The notes: generated by a model from the sequence alone, not told the origin. Shown: positions 49,185 to 63,047, counted from the first letter of the stretch. The stretch is DNA of 64,000 nucleotides from Callorhinchus milii (GCF_018977255.1 NW_024704743.1:103666001-103730000); one strand, 5' to 3'. Program-made: numbers and translations.

Positions 49185-50583
49185 CTAAAATGACATGTTC
49201 TAGAAATCGGGGGTGCAAACAGCTTCCTAAAGGATCAGGATTTTTAGTGACAAAATTAATTTCACATTCATTATTTGGCTTTCACTCTATTTAGGGGTCT
49301 CTAGTCCTCAACAATCTTATGCTGCCAAATAGTTCCACTGTAACTTAAAACATTTCTGTTAGCACTCATCATGATTGAAGAAAAAAGTGTTGGAAAATAG
49401 TGAATGTGGAAAATAGAGTTTATAGAGTTCAAAATGCCTCCGGCCATAAACCCACTGTAAACCTATTTAATCCTTACAAACTATAAGCTCCACAATAATA
49501 AAAACTGAAAGAACTCCTGGTTTTATAACATATCATAAATATTCACACTGAAGCTCCATTCATTTACAAAGGAATCATTTTTTTTTTTACCTTCTTTTTT
49601 TACATTATTGTATTACAACAACAACTTGCACTTATATAACACCCTCCATGCTGGCAGCGTCTCAGAATGCTTAATACATTATTGTATTGTAATCCAACTT
49701 TATATTTAATGAAATGTTGGGGTGAACAATGAGATGTTTCATAGCAGGTTTGAATGTATTTTTGTAATCTTAATTATTGAATGTTAAGAAACAGTTCTAT
49801 CCCATCACCTATCCTGTCCTTCGTTGTTCCACCCAAGTCTTCACATTATACCTGATCTTGATGTATTCAGAGACCCAGATGGCGAGTGGTTTTCTAGCTG
49901 TTTTTCAGATACTTTTATTCTAATAATCCCTTCTCTCCTAATCCCATTTACCTTTGGGAGATCACTTTCAGTTGGATCATCGTTGGTTTGCACTGAACGT
50001 GATACCTTGATGTTTACACTACCCTCTGCCCCAACCTTGTTCTTGTGCCAGATGGTGTTAAATTGCAGCAGCCACTGTCTGCATTGTGGCTTTCCTCAGG
50101 GCAGTAAGAGAACAGGGACTCAAATCAGGTTTACACTGGTTTTGAGTCAAATCATATCAGTGTGCATTAGGATGTTGAGCTTGTTTCCCCCTCTGCACCA
50201 AGTTTAGAATAAATAACTTTGCATTATTTGCAGCAGCAATTTAATGCAAACCAGCTGCAAACTTGGGACAAATGTAAATTTTGCAGCTGTTTGTATTAAA
50301 GAAGCATAATTGTGCTTGCTGAGCTGAACGTAGATAATGAGTGTATTAACCCTCTTTGAGAAATGGTTTGTATTAGTAGAACACAAGTTCAATGCAAGCT
50401 TTAATTTGGTAACGTGTCTAAAAGGTTGTGTCTTTGATAATTGTACAATGAGTATTAGAATTTTCGTCTTCATAAATTATAACCTGAAATCAAACATTGG
50501 GAGATTGCATTTGAAACAAAACACTGGAATGGAAAACATCCACCCGGGTCTAGATTTACTGGATTGATGTAGCATTTCAGACC

Positions 50584-51170
50584 CATGCCTTCATCACCTC
50601 CAGGCTCGACTATGCAAACTATGTTTGTTGACCTTCCCAACTCCTCCTTCCACAGGCTGCAGATAATCCAGAACTCTGCAGCCCGTGTCCTCTCCTGCAC
50701 CAAACGTTGTGACCCCATCTCCCCCATTCTCGCCCAACTCGATTGGCTCCCTATCCTTCAGAGGATCCAGTTCAAGATCTTGGTCCTCACCTACAAGCCC
50801 TCCATGGCCTCACCCCTCCCTATCTCTGCGTCCTCCTAATCCCCTACCAACCCGCCAGCTCCCTCCGCTAAGCCGGCTCCGGTCTGCTCCACGTCCCCCA
50901 ACCCACCCATTGTCGGGAGAGCCTTCAGCCACTCTGCCCCCCAAACACTGGAATTCAATCCCCCAAACACTCTGCCTCACCCCCTCCTTAGCCTCCTTCA
51001 AGTCCCGCCTCAAAATCCTCCTCTTCGAACATACCATCGGTCACTCCCCTTCCCCTCCCGTCCCTTCTCCCTCCCTGACCCAACTCGGGTCTGAAATGCT
51101 TGTACACTGTCCAGCACCTTGGGACATCCTCGCAACATGAAAGACGCTATACAAATGTAAACTTCTCGTT
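50584..51170 (+). mobile_element. L2 LINE 3' end inserted into a MITE-like element
   Basis: Close copy of 18722-19312; MITE terminus at 50530-50580 and MITE palindromic core at ~51178-51260. Confidence 0.92.
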
Positions 51171-52376
51171 GCACATTATTTCAAATCCAAATTTAATTTT
51201 GAAGCTGTTTTCTTCTGTAATTTTCTCGTAACCCATTTCAAAGTTAAGACTGAATTGATCAGGGCACATGTTTGGGGGATAAGGTCAAGATGGTCAAAGG
51301 AAAAAGGGCCCAGATAGCTTGATGAGGAAATAGGGCAGCCATGGCCAAAAGAAAAATGTGTCCGTGTTTCATCTATTTGCTCCATTTGTGTTGGAGCTGT
51401 GGGCAAGGTCAGTACATAGAGTATCAATCCTACCAATGAATGGTGTCTTACTGTACTAAAATTTCGAGTGATTCCAGCTCAACATTTTTTTAACTTTTTA
51501 TCTGCTCTGGGACATATCCCGCATGAGGGGGCTGCATAAATGCAAGTTGTTATTGTTATTCCTCCTGTTAGCAAGAGCATGACTCGACCATGGTGAAGAA
51601 TATAGGTAGTGGGTGAAAATATTCTTGGTGGGGAGGGCTGAGTGGTTGGTCCCCTTTAAGATTTGCCTCCGTATCAGTATCAAAGATAACCATCTTCCCC
51701 TCCCTCCTCCTCACCACGTGGACTCCATTGGACAATCAGAGGCGAGGACACACTGATGAGCAGTCCCCCGGATTGAAGTGGGTGGGCGCACCGACAAGTT
51801 CAGAAGCGATGACTGGCTGTGCTCCTCCTCAGGGCTTTTGCTTCCCATCTTATGAGCTGATTTCAACCCCCCACCCCTCCCAGCCCTAGCCACCCTAGGG
51901 GGAAAAGAGGAAAGGGTTACGTTTAAATATTGATGGCATATTCATGTTTGCACTTTCCCCACTGTGAGTACCGTCACTGTGAGCTCCAGTCAGAGCATTC
52001 AGACAGAGTGGATGGCACAGTAGTTTGTCAAAGCCACTAAGTGTACATGCAAAGCTTTGGAAAGTACAGGATTAATTGTACTTTGCTGCAGCTATGTCTG
52101 AATGATGGGTCTGCAGGCCTGGCAGTCCAAAAATAGGCCTGAAAATCCCCTATTGTTCTACTTCCCACATGGTAGGTGGCAAATGCAAAATAGTTTTATC
52201 TGGCCCGGTGAGTCACAAACTAAACAAAATTACCAAACAGATGAAACTTTTCTTCAATCTTTGCTTTTAACAGAATCATAATAATCCTGGCATTTGATAT
52301 AGCACCTTTGACGTCAGGTAGATATCTCAGAGCAATTCACCAGCTTTATTGTAAAGTGTAAGACTGTATATGGTGT

Positions 52377-52787
52377 GTCAGCCTGGCTCAGTTGGTAGAA
52401 CTCTTGCCTCAGAATCAGAAGGTTATGTGTCCCACATCGGGACTTGGAATTTAACACTCCAATGCAGTGCTGAGGATTTGTTGCTTTGTTGGAAGTGCCA
52501 TCCTTCGGATGCGATGTTAAACCAAGGACCGGTCTGCCTGTTCAGGTGGATGAGAAAAATCCCATGGCACTATTCATGAAGAGAAGGGAGTTTCTCCTGG
52601 TGTTCTGCCAACATTCCCTCAAATAAAATAGGTTATTTATTTCATGGCTGTTTGTTGGACATAGCTGTGTGCGTTAGGGCTGCTGCGTTTGCCTACAAAA
52701 TAGTCACTCTACAATAAATCCTGAAGTGTTTTGAAATATACTTCTATTGTGAAAGGCTCTATATCAAATGTAAGGATTATTATTATT
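52377..52787 (+). mobile_element. SINE family A, full length, nested in an opposite-strand SINE
   Basis: Head, Deu domain, tail all present; host SINE at ~52278-52376 resumes at 52788-52875. Confidence 0.9.
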
Positions 52788-53049
52788 CTGTAGGTAAACA
52801 CTACAGCAATGTATGTGCACACAACAATGTCCCACGAACAGCCATGAAGTGAATGACCATTTTATCTGGGGGTATTTAACCATATGCTAAATTGGTGTTT
52901 CAAGGCACCGCATGAAATGCACAAATTATTGTATTAATGCAAGTTTGTTTTACTGTTATAACCAGCCCCTGCTTGTGAGCTTTCCTCCTTGTAAGAGCCA
53001 GAACAAGATATTCACCAACCACTAACGATTACCTGTATGAAAATGAGGT

Positions 53050-53322
53050 ACATAGAATCCTACAGGAGGCCATTCAGACCACTGTGCATGTGCCAATTAG
53101 TCCAATTACCCCACTTTTTCCCCAAAGCCTCGCATTTTTTTCCTTTTCAAGTATATATCCAATTTCCTTTTGAAAGTTATTATTGAATCTGCTTCCATGC
53201 TTTCAGGCAGTGCATTCCAGATTGTAACAATTCGTTGCGTAAAAGAAAATCTCCTAATCTCCCCTCTGGTTCTTTTGCCAATCATCTCAAATCTGTGCCC
53301 TCTGGCTACCTGCCCACCTGAC
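53050..53322 (-). mobile_element. CR1 3' end
   Basis: Same subfamily as 32225-32520. Confidence 0.82.
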
Positions 53323-55669
53323 CAAAGACTGATTCAGTTGGACCAATCCTATTAAAAAACATGGGATTCACTGTGGAGAATTGTGTTGTACAGTATAATT
53401 GAATCTGGTTCACAAATGGAGCTGCAGTCTTCAAAGGGTCAATTCCAATCTACAGTAATCCCAGAAACCACACATTCCCAAAAATGTTCTCAAAGAGAAA
53501 AATACTCAAGCATGTTCTCAGACTTCCACAAACAGATTAATGACTTTAATCATTTACTTCAAAGTTTGCATTTTCCAAGTATTTTCTGCAAATGGGGAAA
53601 AAAAATGAAACACAGACTTTAACAGATTTCTACCCAGTCTTAAATCACTTAAGTGACAGGTTGAAATATGTCATAGGTGCCAATTGATTCAATTGGGCAT
53701 ATATAATCGTCAGTCGGTCCTCCTACATCTGAAATCTCTTATTCAATCTTTCTTGTACTAGTCTGCCCATAGTTGCTCAGATTCATCTGTCCTCCCTTCC
53801 ACTGAACACTATTTAGCCCTTTGCTTACTGTAGTTCAGAGATTTATTTGGCGTAGATTTCTCTCAATATGTTGTAAGACTCTTACTCTGGATCCTCTTCT
53901 CCATTCATCCTTACACAAAATTAGACACAGCTCCACATTAGAAAGCAACCTTTAGACCAGAAACAAATTAATTTTGGACTCTTCTCACAGTTAACTGTTA
54001 AAGCCTAAAAGTAATGTTAATTTCAGTGGTGCAATGGACTCACATTATTCAGCTCTGCATTGAAACTACATCTGATACAACACATGTTGTTTACCACTCA
54101 CTCACAAGAAAACCAATATAAAGCAACACCTTCATGAAGCACAATATATGCAACAAGCTTTGTGCATAGCTGTCGAATTGTGTTATAATAAAGGTTCTAC
54201 TTTAATATTCTGTTTGCAGCTCAGAGAACCGGCTCCAAGCGTCGACTGCAATTCAGTTACCCCAGCTCTAATAGCACTGTGAACGGAATACAATTGTTAC
54301 TTGAAAAGATAATTTCACTGAAGCTGAAAGTTAAAGCTCACATTTAGAATGCATTTTGATGTACATTCCTTTCACAACGAAATATTCAGTGGTCCATTTC
54401 TGTATGAAAATGCTCCACTCTTGCCTTCCTCAATGAGATAACTTTCAATTCGTTCTTGCTCTTTCTCTCTCTTCTGCTTTTACTATTTCAATTATAATTC
54501 CACTATTTCCCAAATATTATACTAGTGGAATTTTTATTTCAAACTTCTCCATTTCTATATGAATATATATATATTTAAAATAAACCTTTGTATTCCTGCC
54601 ATGCATTAAATCATTTCAGTGCCAGGAGAAAATAAAATTTATGGTGCTGTGTCTCGAATTGTTGGAATATAAGTGAATTTCAGACTATAGAGAACAAGTC
54701 TTGGAAGGATCATTGGACAAACTGATCAATCTTTGTGTATCAAAGTCCATTGAGCCACTGGCCATCTGTCCACGGAAACAGGCGCAGCCAAACCGCTCAT
54801 TATATTGGCATCCGAGGCAGTAAAATAGTTGCGAGCTAGCTATAGTTGTTATATTTTAATGGTATTCCTTTTATAACTCATTGAAAATTGGGGTAAAATA
54901 TCCAATGTCATAATTATTACCAGACAACAATAAATTATCAATTGGCTCAAAACATTGCTGCAATTATCAATGGGTTTGGGAGTGAACACCAACAAGCCCC
55001 ACACACCACCGCAACTTTGGCACAATGGTTGATCTTGAAGTTTCTGTGTTTGTTGTTTCTGATGATGGAGAACAGTTATTAAGCGCAGCTAAAAATATCT
55101 GGCCTAACTCAACTAAAGCTACATTCAGATGCTGTCTCCAAGATCAAGTAAAGGAATCGTGGTCTACTACCACTTAACGGGAATCCAAGGTGATGGTAAA
55201 TTGTTGGAAAAAGGCTTCAAACAAACCTATTAATCATGAAAAGTAGATTTTTAGCTAGATGATACTTATCATCTCCATAAGTCATACATGGAATTAATTA
55301 TTTGCTTCACAGGCACAGTCCCCTGTAACATCTTAAGACCGAAATCTAAGTATTCCCCACCCAGGATTTGGCAGAGTGAAGTGGAAGTGTATGTGATATG
55401 TGATAAAGCAGAAAACAACTTTTAACAGGAAGCCAGAAAACAGATGACATCATATGGTTATTAAGGACGTGTACTGCAAGTCCTGCATTAATAGACAGCT
55501 TCTTTGATAATTATAGAAACCAGATTTCTGATTAAGGTGGCAGGTCATAGCTCCATATTAAGTATATGATTCAGAGCAGGTGAAGCATTCTACACTGCCT
55601 CCAGCAGAAAACAGGCCTTCACTCAGCTAACTTAGGCTTGTGCACACTCCGTGATCAGTGGCTTAGCAT

Positions 55670-55872
55670 TTAGTTATTGCGTCCCGATACTCCAGAACTC
55701 TCTCCCTGTCCCCTTTCCCGGTCTCTGCTGAAGACCTTTCTTTTCGACCGCGCCTTTGGTCACCTTCCTCCCCCTCCCCCTGGCTTGGTTCCGGGATCCG
55801 TTACTGTAAAGCGCTCTGAGACGCCGTGCGGCGTGGAGGGTGGTGCTATATAAATCCAAGTTGTTGTTGTTG
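55670..55872 (+). mobile_element. L2 3' end, distinct subfamily
   Basis: LKTFLFDRAF; tail ACGCCGTGCGGCGT stem-loop; (TTG)n end. Confidence 0.85.
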
Positions 55873-56764
55873 TTTCCTCTGTTCGTGGTAGGAATGACCC
55901 ACTAGAGGTGATGTGAGGAGCTCAATGATGTGCACAGCGCAGTCCATCACTGTTGGCTGACAAGCATCTCGATACTTGTGGTTCTGCACATTTGTGTATG
56001 TGTGTTGTGGGGTGGGGGAGGGCGTGCTTGGTTTGAGGAATGTTCAGAGGCAGACAAAAGCCCGAGGATAGACTTTGAGGAATGTACATCATCTTGATGT
56101 ATAGAGTCCAATAAATGAGTTCCTGAGCTAATTTATATAGGTTCATACACTCGAAGGACAATACTGTACTGGAGCCACTGAGACTGTTCCTCGCAACACA
56201 CAGAACAAGAGTCTTGGACCGTATTTTTGCTGAAAAAATAACCTTCAAGTAACAAGACACAAAACCATTTTGGGACACATTCTATCTTGTAAACTGGAGA
56301 TTTATTGTCTTAACTAAAGGAAGCAATCAATTTTTTNCTTCTAGATAACGACAATCCAATACCATAGGCGAGACATGTTATATTGCTGTTGGGCACTGAC
56401 TTACACGATACATGAGTATCCCTTAGCAATGTTACACATTTTAGCTTTTAATTTTTTTAACCAATTGCAGATGATTTAGTTCTTTTTGATCAACAATTAA
56501 ATTGAGTTTTTCTGCTGAAGGAAATCTCAGTTCCATTCCCTCCCAACCTCACTTGCTTCCCCATCCACTCAAATGTTACATTTCACAGCTCATTTGTGAC
56601 AATCCCTCATTACTGATCTTCACAGATATCTCGTTACAAAGTCAAATGCACAATGTTTTAAATGCGTTAGCTAAAGTTAATTAAATTGCTGATCTTTTCT
56701 TCAACACCAGAACCCGTTTAAATTAATGATGAGAAATAATGATCGGAAACATGTTATATCTGAA

Positions 56765-57965
56765 ATTCAGTCAGAAGTATGTGAGTTCCAACTCTATATT
56801 AGGACTTTGAGCTCATAATCTAGGCAGACCTTCCACTACAGTGCTGGGGTTACACTTCATTGTTGGGAGATGCCATCCTTTGGATGAGGCATTAAATTCA
56901 GGTCCCGTCTGCCTGTTCAGATGGATATTAAGGATTCTATGATACTATTCAAAAAGAGAAGGGAGTATCTCCTGGTGCCTGGCCAACAATTCCACAAATA
57001 AAATTGATCATTTGCTTCATGGCTGTTAATGGGACATTGCTCTGCGCAAAATTGAATGCCGTGTTTGCTTACAAAACAACAACAACTTGCATGCCGGGTA
57101 GCATCCCATAGCTCTTAACAATGGTTGAGCCCGATGCTGAGCCAGTGGGAGGGGAAAGGTGACCATAGGCATGGTCAAAGAGGAAGGTCTTTAGGCGCAG
57201 CCTGAAAATGGGGAAGAGGGTCAAGGTCAAGGAATTGAGGGAGGGAATTCCATAGCTTTGGGGCATAGTGGCTAAAGGCATGACTGCCAATGATGGAGCA
57301 GAGGATTCGAGAAACAAGGAGAAGGCTGGATTCAGTAGAGCGAAGGCAATGAGTATTGCTGCGAGGAGAGAGAAAGTTGGAGAGATAGGGGGGTGCCCAG
57401 GTGTGGAGGGTTTAAACACTAGAATGAGGATCTTGAAGTTGATCCGCTCTGTGTCAGGGAGTCAGTGGAGTTTGGCAAGTATTCAGGGAATTGGGGTGCG
57501 GAGTTTAGTGCAGGTGAGAATGCAGGCGGCGGAGTTTCAGATGAGTTTCATTTTGTGAATAGTGGAGGAGGAGAGACCGGCAAAGAGGGCATTTGAGTTG
57601 TCCAGCCGAGAGGTGACAAAGGCGTGGACAAGGGTTTCAGCAGCTTGTGAGTGCAGTATTGTTGGAGATGGGCAATATGGCGGAAGTGGAGGAAAGTGAT
57701 CCTGGTCAGGGACAGGATGTGGGGGAGGAAGGATAGCTGGGGATCAAACCTGACGCCTAAGTTGTGCACGGGTTCAGAGAGTTTTAAGGACAGATCGGGT
57801 AGGTTGAGGAGGTCGGAACCAGAGGACGGAAGACGTCGACGGAAGCCAAAGAGTATGGCTTCCATCTTGTTGACGTCACACAGTCACTGCGCTTTACGGT
57901 AAATCCTGTGAAGCACTTTGAGATGTCATCCAGACATGAAAGCCACTATATCAAATTATTATTAA
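56765..57965 (+). mobile_element. SINE family A split by an L2 insertion (56765-57075 and 57877-57965)
   Basis: Body stops at GTTTGCTTACAAAA and resumes at ACACAGTCACTGC...GTGAAGCACTTTGAGA. Confidence 0.85.
57076..57876 (-). mobile_element. L2 LINE ORF2 3' part
   Basis: EAILFG...EPVHNLGVRFDPQLSFLPHI...LRLKTFLFDHAYG. Confidence 0.92.
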
Positions 57966-58299
57966 TGCACAAGTAATTCTTAAATCTTATTGAAATATAT
58001 TTCTAAAAAAAAGGCCATATCTACAGAAAATGAAAAGCCTGAGAACTACATCATTCCATTAGTCATGGTATTATACTCGAACAATGTAAATACATGAGTC
58101 ACCACACTGAGATTTGGAAAACAAACAAGATTTGCCAAATTATTTTTGATCAAGAGAGTGTCCCTTTAAGTTAATGTACACTTGTCTTATTAAAGTAAAC
58201 CCTGAAAGATCCTGTTGAGAAATTAATTTACAATGTTCTGCAGATGACATATTTTAATACCATGATAGTCATCTCTAATCCTGGGAGATGACGGTAATG

Positions 58300-58650
58300 A
58301 TTTAGGATTGGATTAGTAAGGTGCCATTAACTTGAATGATGAGGCTCAGCCTCAATTTTGGGAGATGGACATTAACTTCCAGATACTTGAAATTTCTGCC
58401 AGATTCCAATCAGCACATCAGTTACTGGGCAGCCATGTCTGATAGAAATGCATTAGAGACAACCACTTGTTTTCTTTCTAAAGATTGCAATGTTCAGGCC
58501 TAATGACATAGTACACCTGTCTTCTCTGATCAAGAAGTATAATGCTCCAAAAAGTCCATCCCTTCGCCAACACAGAAGGCACGGAATTGCTTACAGACTA
58601 CTTCATTAGCTAGTCACAAAGCCACAGATTTGAGCTGGTGCAGGATTTGG
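58300..58650 (-). mobile_element. Very old LINE RT remnant
   Basis: Minus strand SLGLNI..RKKT and NFKYLEV (GL.IN..KT, FKYLG motifs). Confidence 0.35.
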
Positions 58651-58762
58651 TCAGTCATTTACTGACTGCCGGCAACCGTAACTTCAAATAATAAGGTAGC
58701 TGCAGATCTCTTCAGCAAATAAAAGGGTGATGGTGCTCTATTCACTTACCACAATCAGTACT

Positions 58763-59328
58763 ACAACAACAACTTGCATTTATATAGCGCCCTTCACGCG
58801 GGGTAGCGTCCCGGAGTACTTCATAGTGGCGGAGTCTGACACCGAGCTAGGGGAACAGGTAGGGGGGAAGGTGACCATAAGCACAATCAAAAATTGAAGC
58901 TCTTTAGGCAGGATTTGAAAGTGGGGAGGGAGGTGGCAAGACGGAGGGATTGAGGGAGAGAGTTCCAGAATTTTGGGGCTTAGTGGCTGAAGGCACGGCC
59001 ACCGATAGTGGAACAGAGGGGACAAGAGACAAACACGATGCATATCTAGCCGAGCAGAGGCACGAGTGGTGGAGTGGGGGGTAAGCAGATTGGATAGGTA
59101 GTGAGGTGCCAGGGCATGAAGGGATTTAGAAACGAGTGAGAGGATCTTGAAATCGATCCGTTTGGTAATTGGAAGTTAGTGGAGCCTGGCAAGGACGGGT
59201 GTGATGGGGGTATAGAGTTTTGTATGGGTGAGTATCAGGGTGGCAGAGTTTTGGATGAATTTTGTGTATGGTGGAGCTGGGGAGACCAGCTGGAATAGTC
59301 CAGCCGGGAAGTGACAAAGGCGTAGACA
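58763..59328 (-). mobile_element. L2 LINE 3' end
   Basis: Same subfamily as 57076-57630; tail GTGAAGGGCGCTATATAAATGCAAG(TTG)n. Confidence 0.9.
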
Positions 59329-59840
59329 AATGTAAATCTCCACTCTTATGGTAAATCCTATTAAGCGCTTTGTGAAACCTCAACCCCAACCCAAATCTCA
59401 ACCCAACGTAAAAGGTGCTATATCAAATGCAAAGATTTTTATTATATTTTTGACAAGCGCCATCGCAAAAGTGAATTCACACCATTATAAAAGTGTTACG
59501 TTCAGCCTTGTGTTTCTTATTCTACTGTTATTACAAAAANTGGGCAAAAATGAACAATTTCATTAATTTTGTTTAAGTCAAGCCAAGGAAAACCAAGGAC
59601 TATAAAAGTGGAATTGCAGTACAGAAGGATGAGATAGTGAATAGTATGTAACATAAATCATATTAATGTGTTGTCGTTAAAGTGTAGCTATCAGCATGAA
59701 AAACTAGCAGTCTTCCTTTGGGATTGAAGAGAGACATTATTTCAATAATTTTGTGATTAAGAAAGCTTTGCCACCTTATCCTGAGGAGGTGGTTGTGAAA
59801 TTTCTCTGGCCATTATAAGCAAATATTTTAAATGCTGCTT

Positions 59841-60175
59841 CTAAGCCTGGCTCAGTTGGCAGATCTTTTGACTCTTAGTAAGAAAATTGTGGGTTAAATC
59901 CCCACGGCAGACTTTGAACCCACAATCTACTCTGACCCTCCAATGCAGTGCTGGAGGGTTGCCTTATTGTTAGAGGTGCTGTTCTTTAGATGAGATGTTA
60001 ACCTGAGGTCCCATCCGGCTTTTCAGATGGGCATTAAATATCCCATTGTACTATTCAATAAGAGAAGTGAGTTTCTCTCAGTGTTCTGCCCAACAACCCC
60101 CAGTCATTCACTTCATGGCCGTTTGTGGGACACAAATTGTTGTTGTATTTACTTTCTACTACTACACTGCAGTAA
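59841..60175 (+). mobile_element. SINE family A, tail missing
   Basis: AGCCTGGCTCAGTTGG head, AGATGAGATGTTAA...CACTTCATGGCCGTTTGTGGGACA. Confidence 0.82.
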
Positions 60176-60487
60176 ATTGTAGTGTAAAATGTAGTGATTG
60201 CGTATTTTGTAGCTTAGAAACCATCACAGCTAGAAAAAAAGATCTCCAAAAGAGGAATGAAAGAGTTATAGTTAAGACAAAAATGCTTCAGACAGTGGGT
60301 GGTTACAATGTGAAATTCTCTGTTACAAGTTATTGTTGAGACAAACAATTTAAGATATTTAAGTTAATGGTATGAAGCGTGAGCAGCTGAAAGGAATTAG
60401 GTTGGGTGGTTCAAATAGAGAAAAACTCTTGCTGCTGCTTGTCCAGCGTGGACTTACCTACCTGTTCAGCATTTAGCTGAAAGGTCT

Positions 60488-61227
60488 AACAGGAACCAAG
60501 TGGGAAGAATTCCTACCTCATCATGTAGTCTGCAGATGCACTCTCCACCTTACAGAGCCAGTGCAGAACCTCGTTGTCCTTTTTGACCCTCAATTGTCCT
60601 ACGAAGCCCACATTCGTCATGACCCATTCTGCCTTCCCCCACCTCTGCAACATTGCCCGCCACTGCCTCCACCCTTATTCATACATTCATCACATCCAGG
60701 CTTGATTTCGCTAACTCCCTTCTCATCGGTCTTCCCACCACTTCCCTCCACGAGCTGCAGATTATTCAGCTCATGTCCTCTCCTCGCCCAGCTCCACAGG
60801 CTCCCCATCCCCCAGAAGATCAAATTTAAAACATTCGTCCTCACTTTTAAATCCCTTCAAGATCATGCTCTTCCCTACTTCTGCAATCTGTTAACACCAT
60901 ACCATCCTGTCTGCTTCCCCCAATCGGCAAGTACTGGCCTGCTCAATGACCCCCACCCTGCCTGCCCCATCATTGGAGGTCAGGCCTTCAGCCTCTCTGC
61001 CCCCACCTTCTGAGACTCCATCCTGGAATCCCTTTGCTTTGCTCCATCTCCTGCCTTCTTTAAGGCCTATCTCAACACCTTCTTTGACCGGGCTTTACTC
61101 ACCCTCCCACCCCCACTACCTCACTTGATTTCAATCCCCAGCTCGGGTGCAAACCCTCAACTGTTCAGCACTTTGGGATGTCCTTCTGTCATGAAGGGTG
61201 ATATATTAACATAATTCATTGTTGTTG
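60488..61227 (+). mobile_element. L2 LINE 3' part
   Basis: EPVQNLVVLFDPQL...LAQLHRLPIPQKIKFK...IGGQAFSLSAP. Confidence 0.9.
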
Positions 61228-61420
61228 CACTTCCAAGTCTCACTACTGAGGCTGATCTGTCATCAGCAATATCTTCAAATGCTGGAGACCCACCTGCTTT
61301 AGGAACCGGATTACTGAGACTACCACAGAAGCTTGACACAGTTTTGATATTCCATTTCCAGGCACTTGACTTTGGAGCCAGATCACACCAAAATAAACTC
61401 TGCTGCACTATCCCCCCCAT
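61228..61420 (-). mobile_element. LF-SINE-like family copy 4
   Basis: CTGTCATCAGCAAT...TAGGAACCGGATTACTGAGACTACCACAGAAG...ATTCCATTTCCAG...TTGGAGCCAGATCA aligns with 9820-9960. Confidence 0.55.
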
Positions 61421-61944
61421 CCCATTCTCAAGGATAAACCAGCAGATAAAGCAGGTGTTTCCCTATACATAGCGCATGTGTTAATGTGTGTGACAGATAC
61501 TTTTAATGTGCAGCCCATTTGAGACCACTCTCAGAAAATCATGGTCTTTCACTTTTAATTTGAACCAAATAGTTCTAGACATCTGCAGCAAGTTTCCAAA
61601 TAAAACCTTTGCAGAGACGAGCGAAATGAATCACAAAGTCACAAAGGGATGATGAAATTGCACAGAACCATGAGAAACCAGCACCTAGTTTCTAACACTA
61701 ATTCAGTTTGATCATTTCGTATGGCAGTTTAAAAACTATTTTCAAAGTGGATGCTTTCCACTCACCTGGGCACAGCTATTGTCTGCCTTGGAGCAAACGT
61801 TAACAGCATTTTGTCAATGGGTAATGGTCTGGGAATTACTGCTGTCGAAATGCAGGATTTTGGAATACACAGGCACTAGGAGTTCTTAATCAGTGTCCCA
61901 GCAACCTCCCCCTTTCTCCACCACCCCACCTGCCGCCATAAAAT

Positions 61945-62165
61945 TGATGCTGCTGTTTGTGGGACATTGCTGTGCACAAATGGGTCATTGCATTTGCCCA
62001 CAAGATACAGTCATTGCACTTCATAGTATAACCTATAAAGCACATTGAGACTTCCTCTTGATGTGAAAGGCATTATACAAAATGTTAAGATTATTATGAA
62101 AAACCCTATGAAGTTATTTGAGACATCTTCCCGATATGAAAGACGCTAAATAACATGCAAATATG
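61945..62165 (+). mobile_element. SINE 3' part with duplicated tail
   Basis: GCTGTTTGTGGGACATTGCTGTGCACAAAT followed by two TGAGAC...TGAAAG tails. Confidence 0.75.
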
Positions 62166-63047
62166 TATTTATGTTTTACGTGTTGGCCATGAGCATGGTA
62201 TTATTGCATCTATTGCAACAGAATACAATTGTGAAAGAAAAATGAGCGAGCTGAACAGCACCAAGGGCTATGAAGATGCAACGAGATCTCATGCAATAAT
62301 TGCTCTGATTTAAAGAGCACGTCTGAAGACAGTTAAGGAAGCCATGATCCAGAGCTAATAGACCAATGCAAAATGAGAAGTACCATTGGAAACTCAAGTA
62401 ATTGGGCAGAACACACAAAGAGACAATGCTAAATGAAGGTCTGCATTAAATAAATGATGGAAAGCAAGAATAGTCATCATCAGAGTTAAGGGCAGAACCA
62501 GCTAACTGGCGCAGGTACAAACATAATGCGTCATGTGGGAACATGGCCTTGGTTTCAAAGCTTGAATGATGAGACCCAACAGAGGTCACAGCAAACCATT
62601 TCTCTTCACAAGGAACTTGTGCTCGACAATTCATAAAAATTAACTAATCATTTCATTCTGGTAGAGCTTTTTAAAAATGCATTTTAATCTCTTTTAAGAA
62701 CAATTATCTTACAAACCCCTGAAGGCCAAAAAGATTTTTAAAAATTTGATAGCATCTCAGCCCATCAGATTAATCCATCAATCATAATTTGTAAATAAGA
62801 TTCCACCCTGGGTCTCTGTAGTGCAGTAAATTCTACAAATGAATGTCTTCTCCCATGAATTGAACTTTGATTGAGGACTTCACAAATTAATTCATAGTTC
62901 CTGATATGTCTCCAAGTGTTGAACAACTGATGATGCAGACTTCCTGTAAAAGTGAGTCATTATTGAAATGGGATGTGGGATTAGTGTTTAACTGTCTGAG
63001 AGCAGTTGTTAAATTTTGTGTTTTTTTTGTTAACCTTATGATAATAC

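Noticed and set aside
51752..51780. CTGATGAG followed by hairpin CAGTCC-CCC-GGATTG (ribozyme or C/D box)
   Set aside because: No GAAA box or correctly ordered C and D boxes
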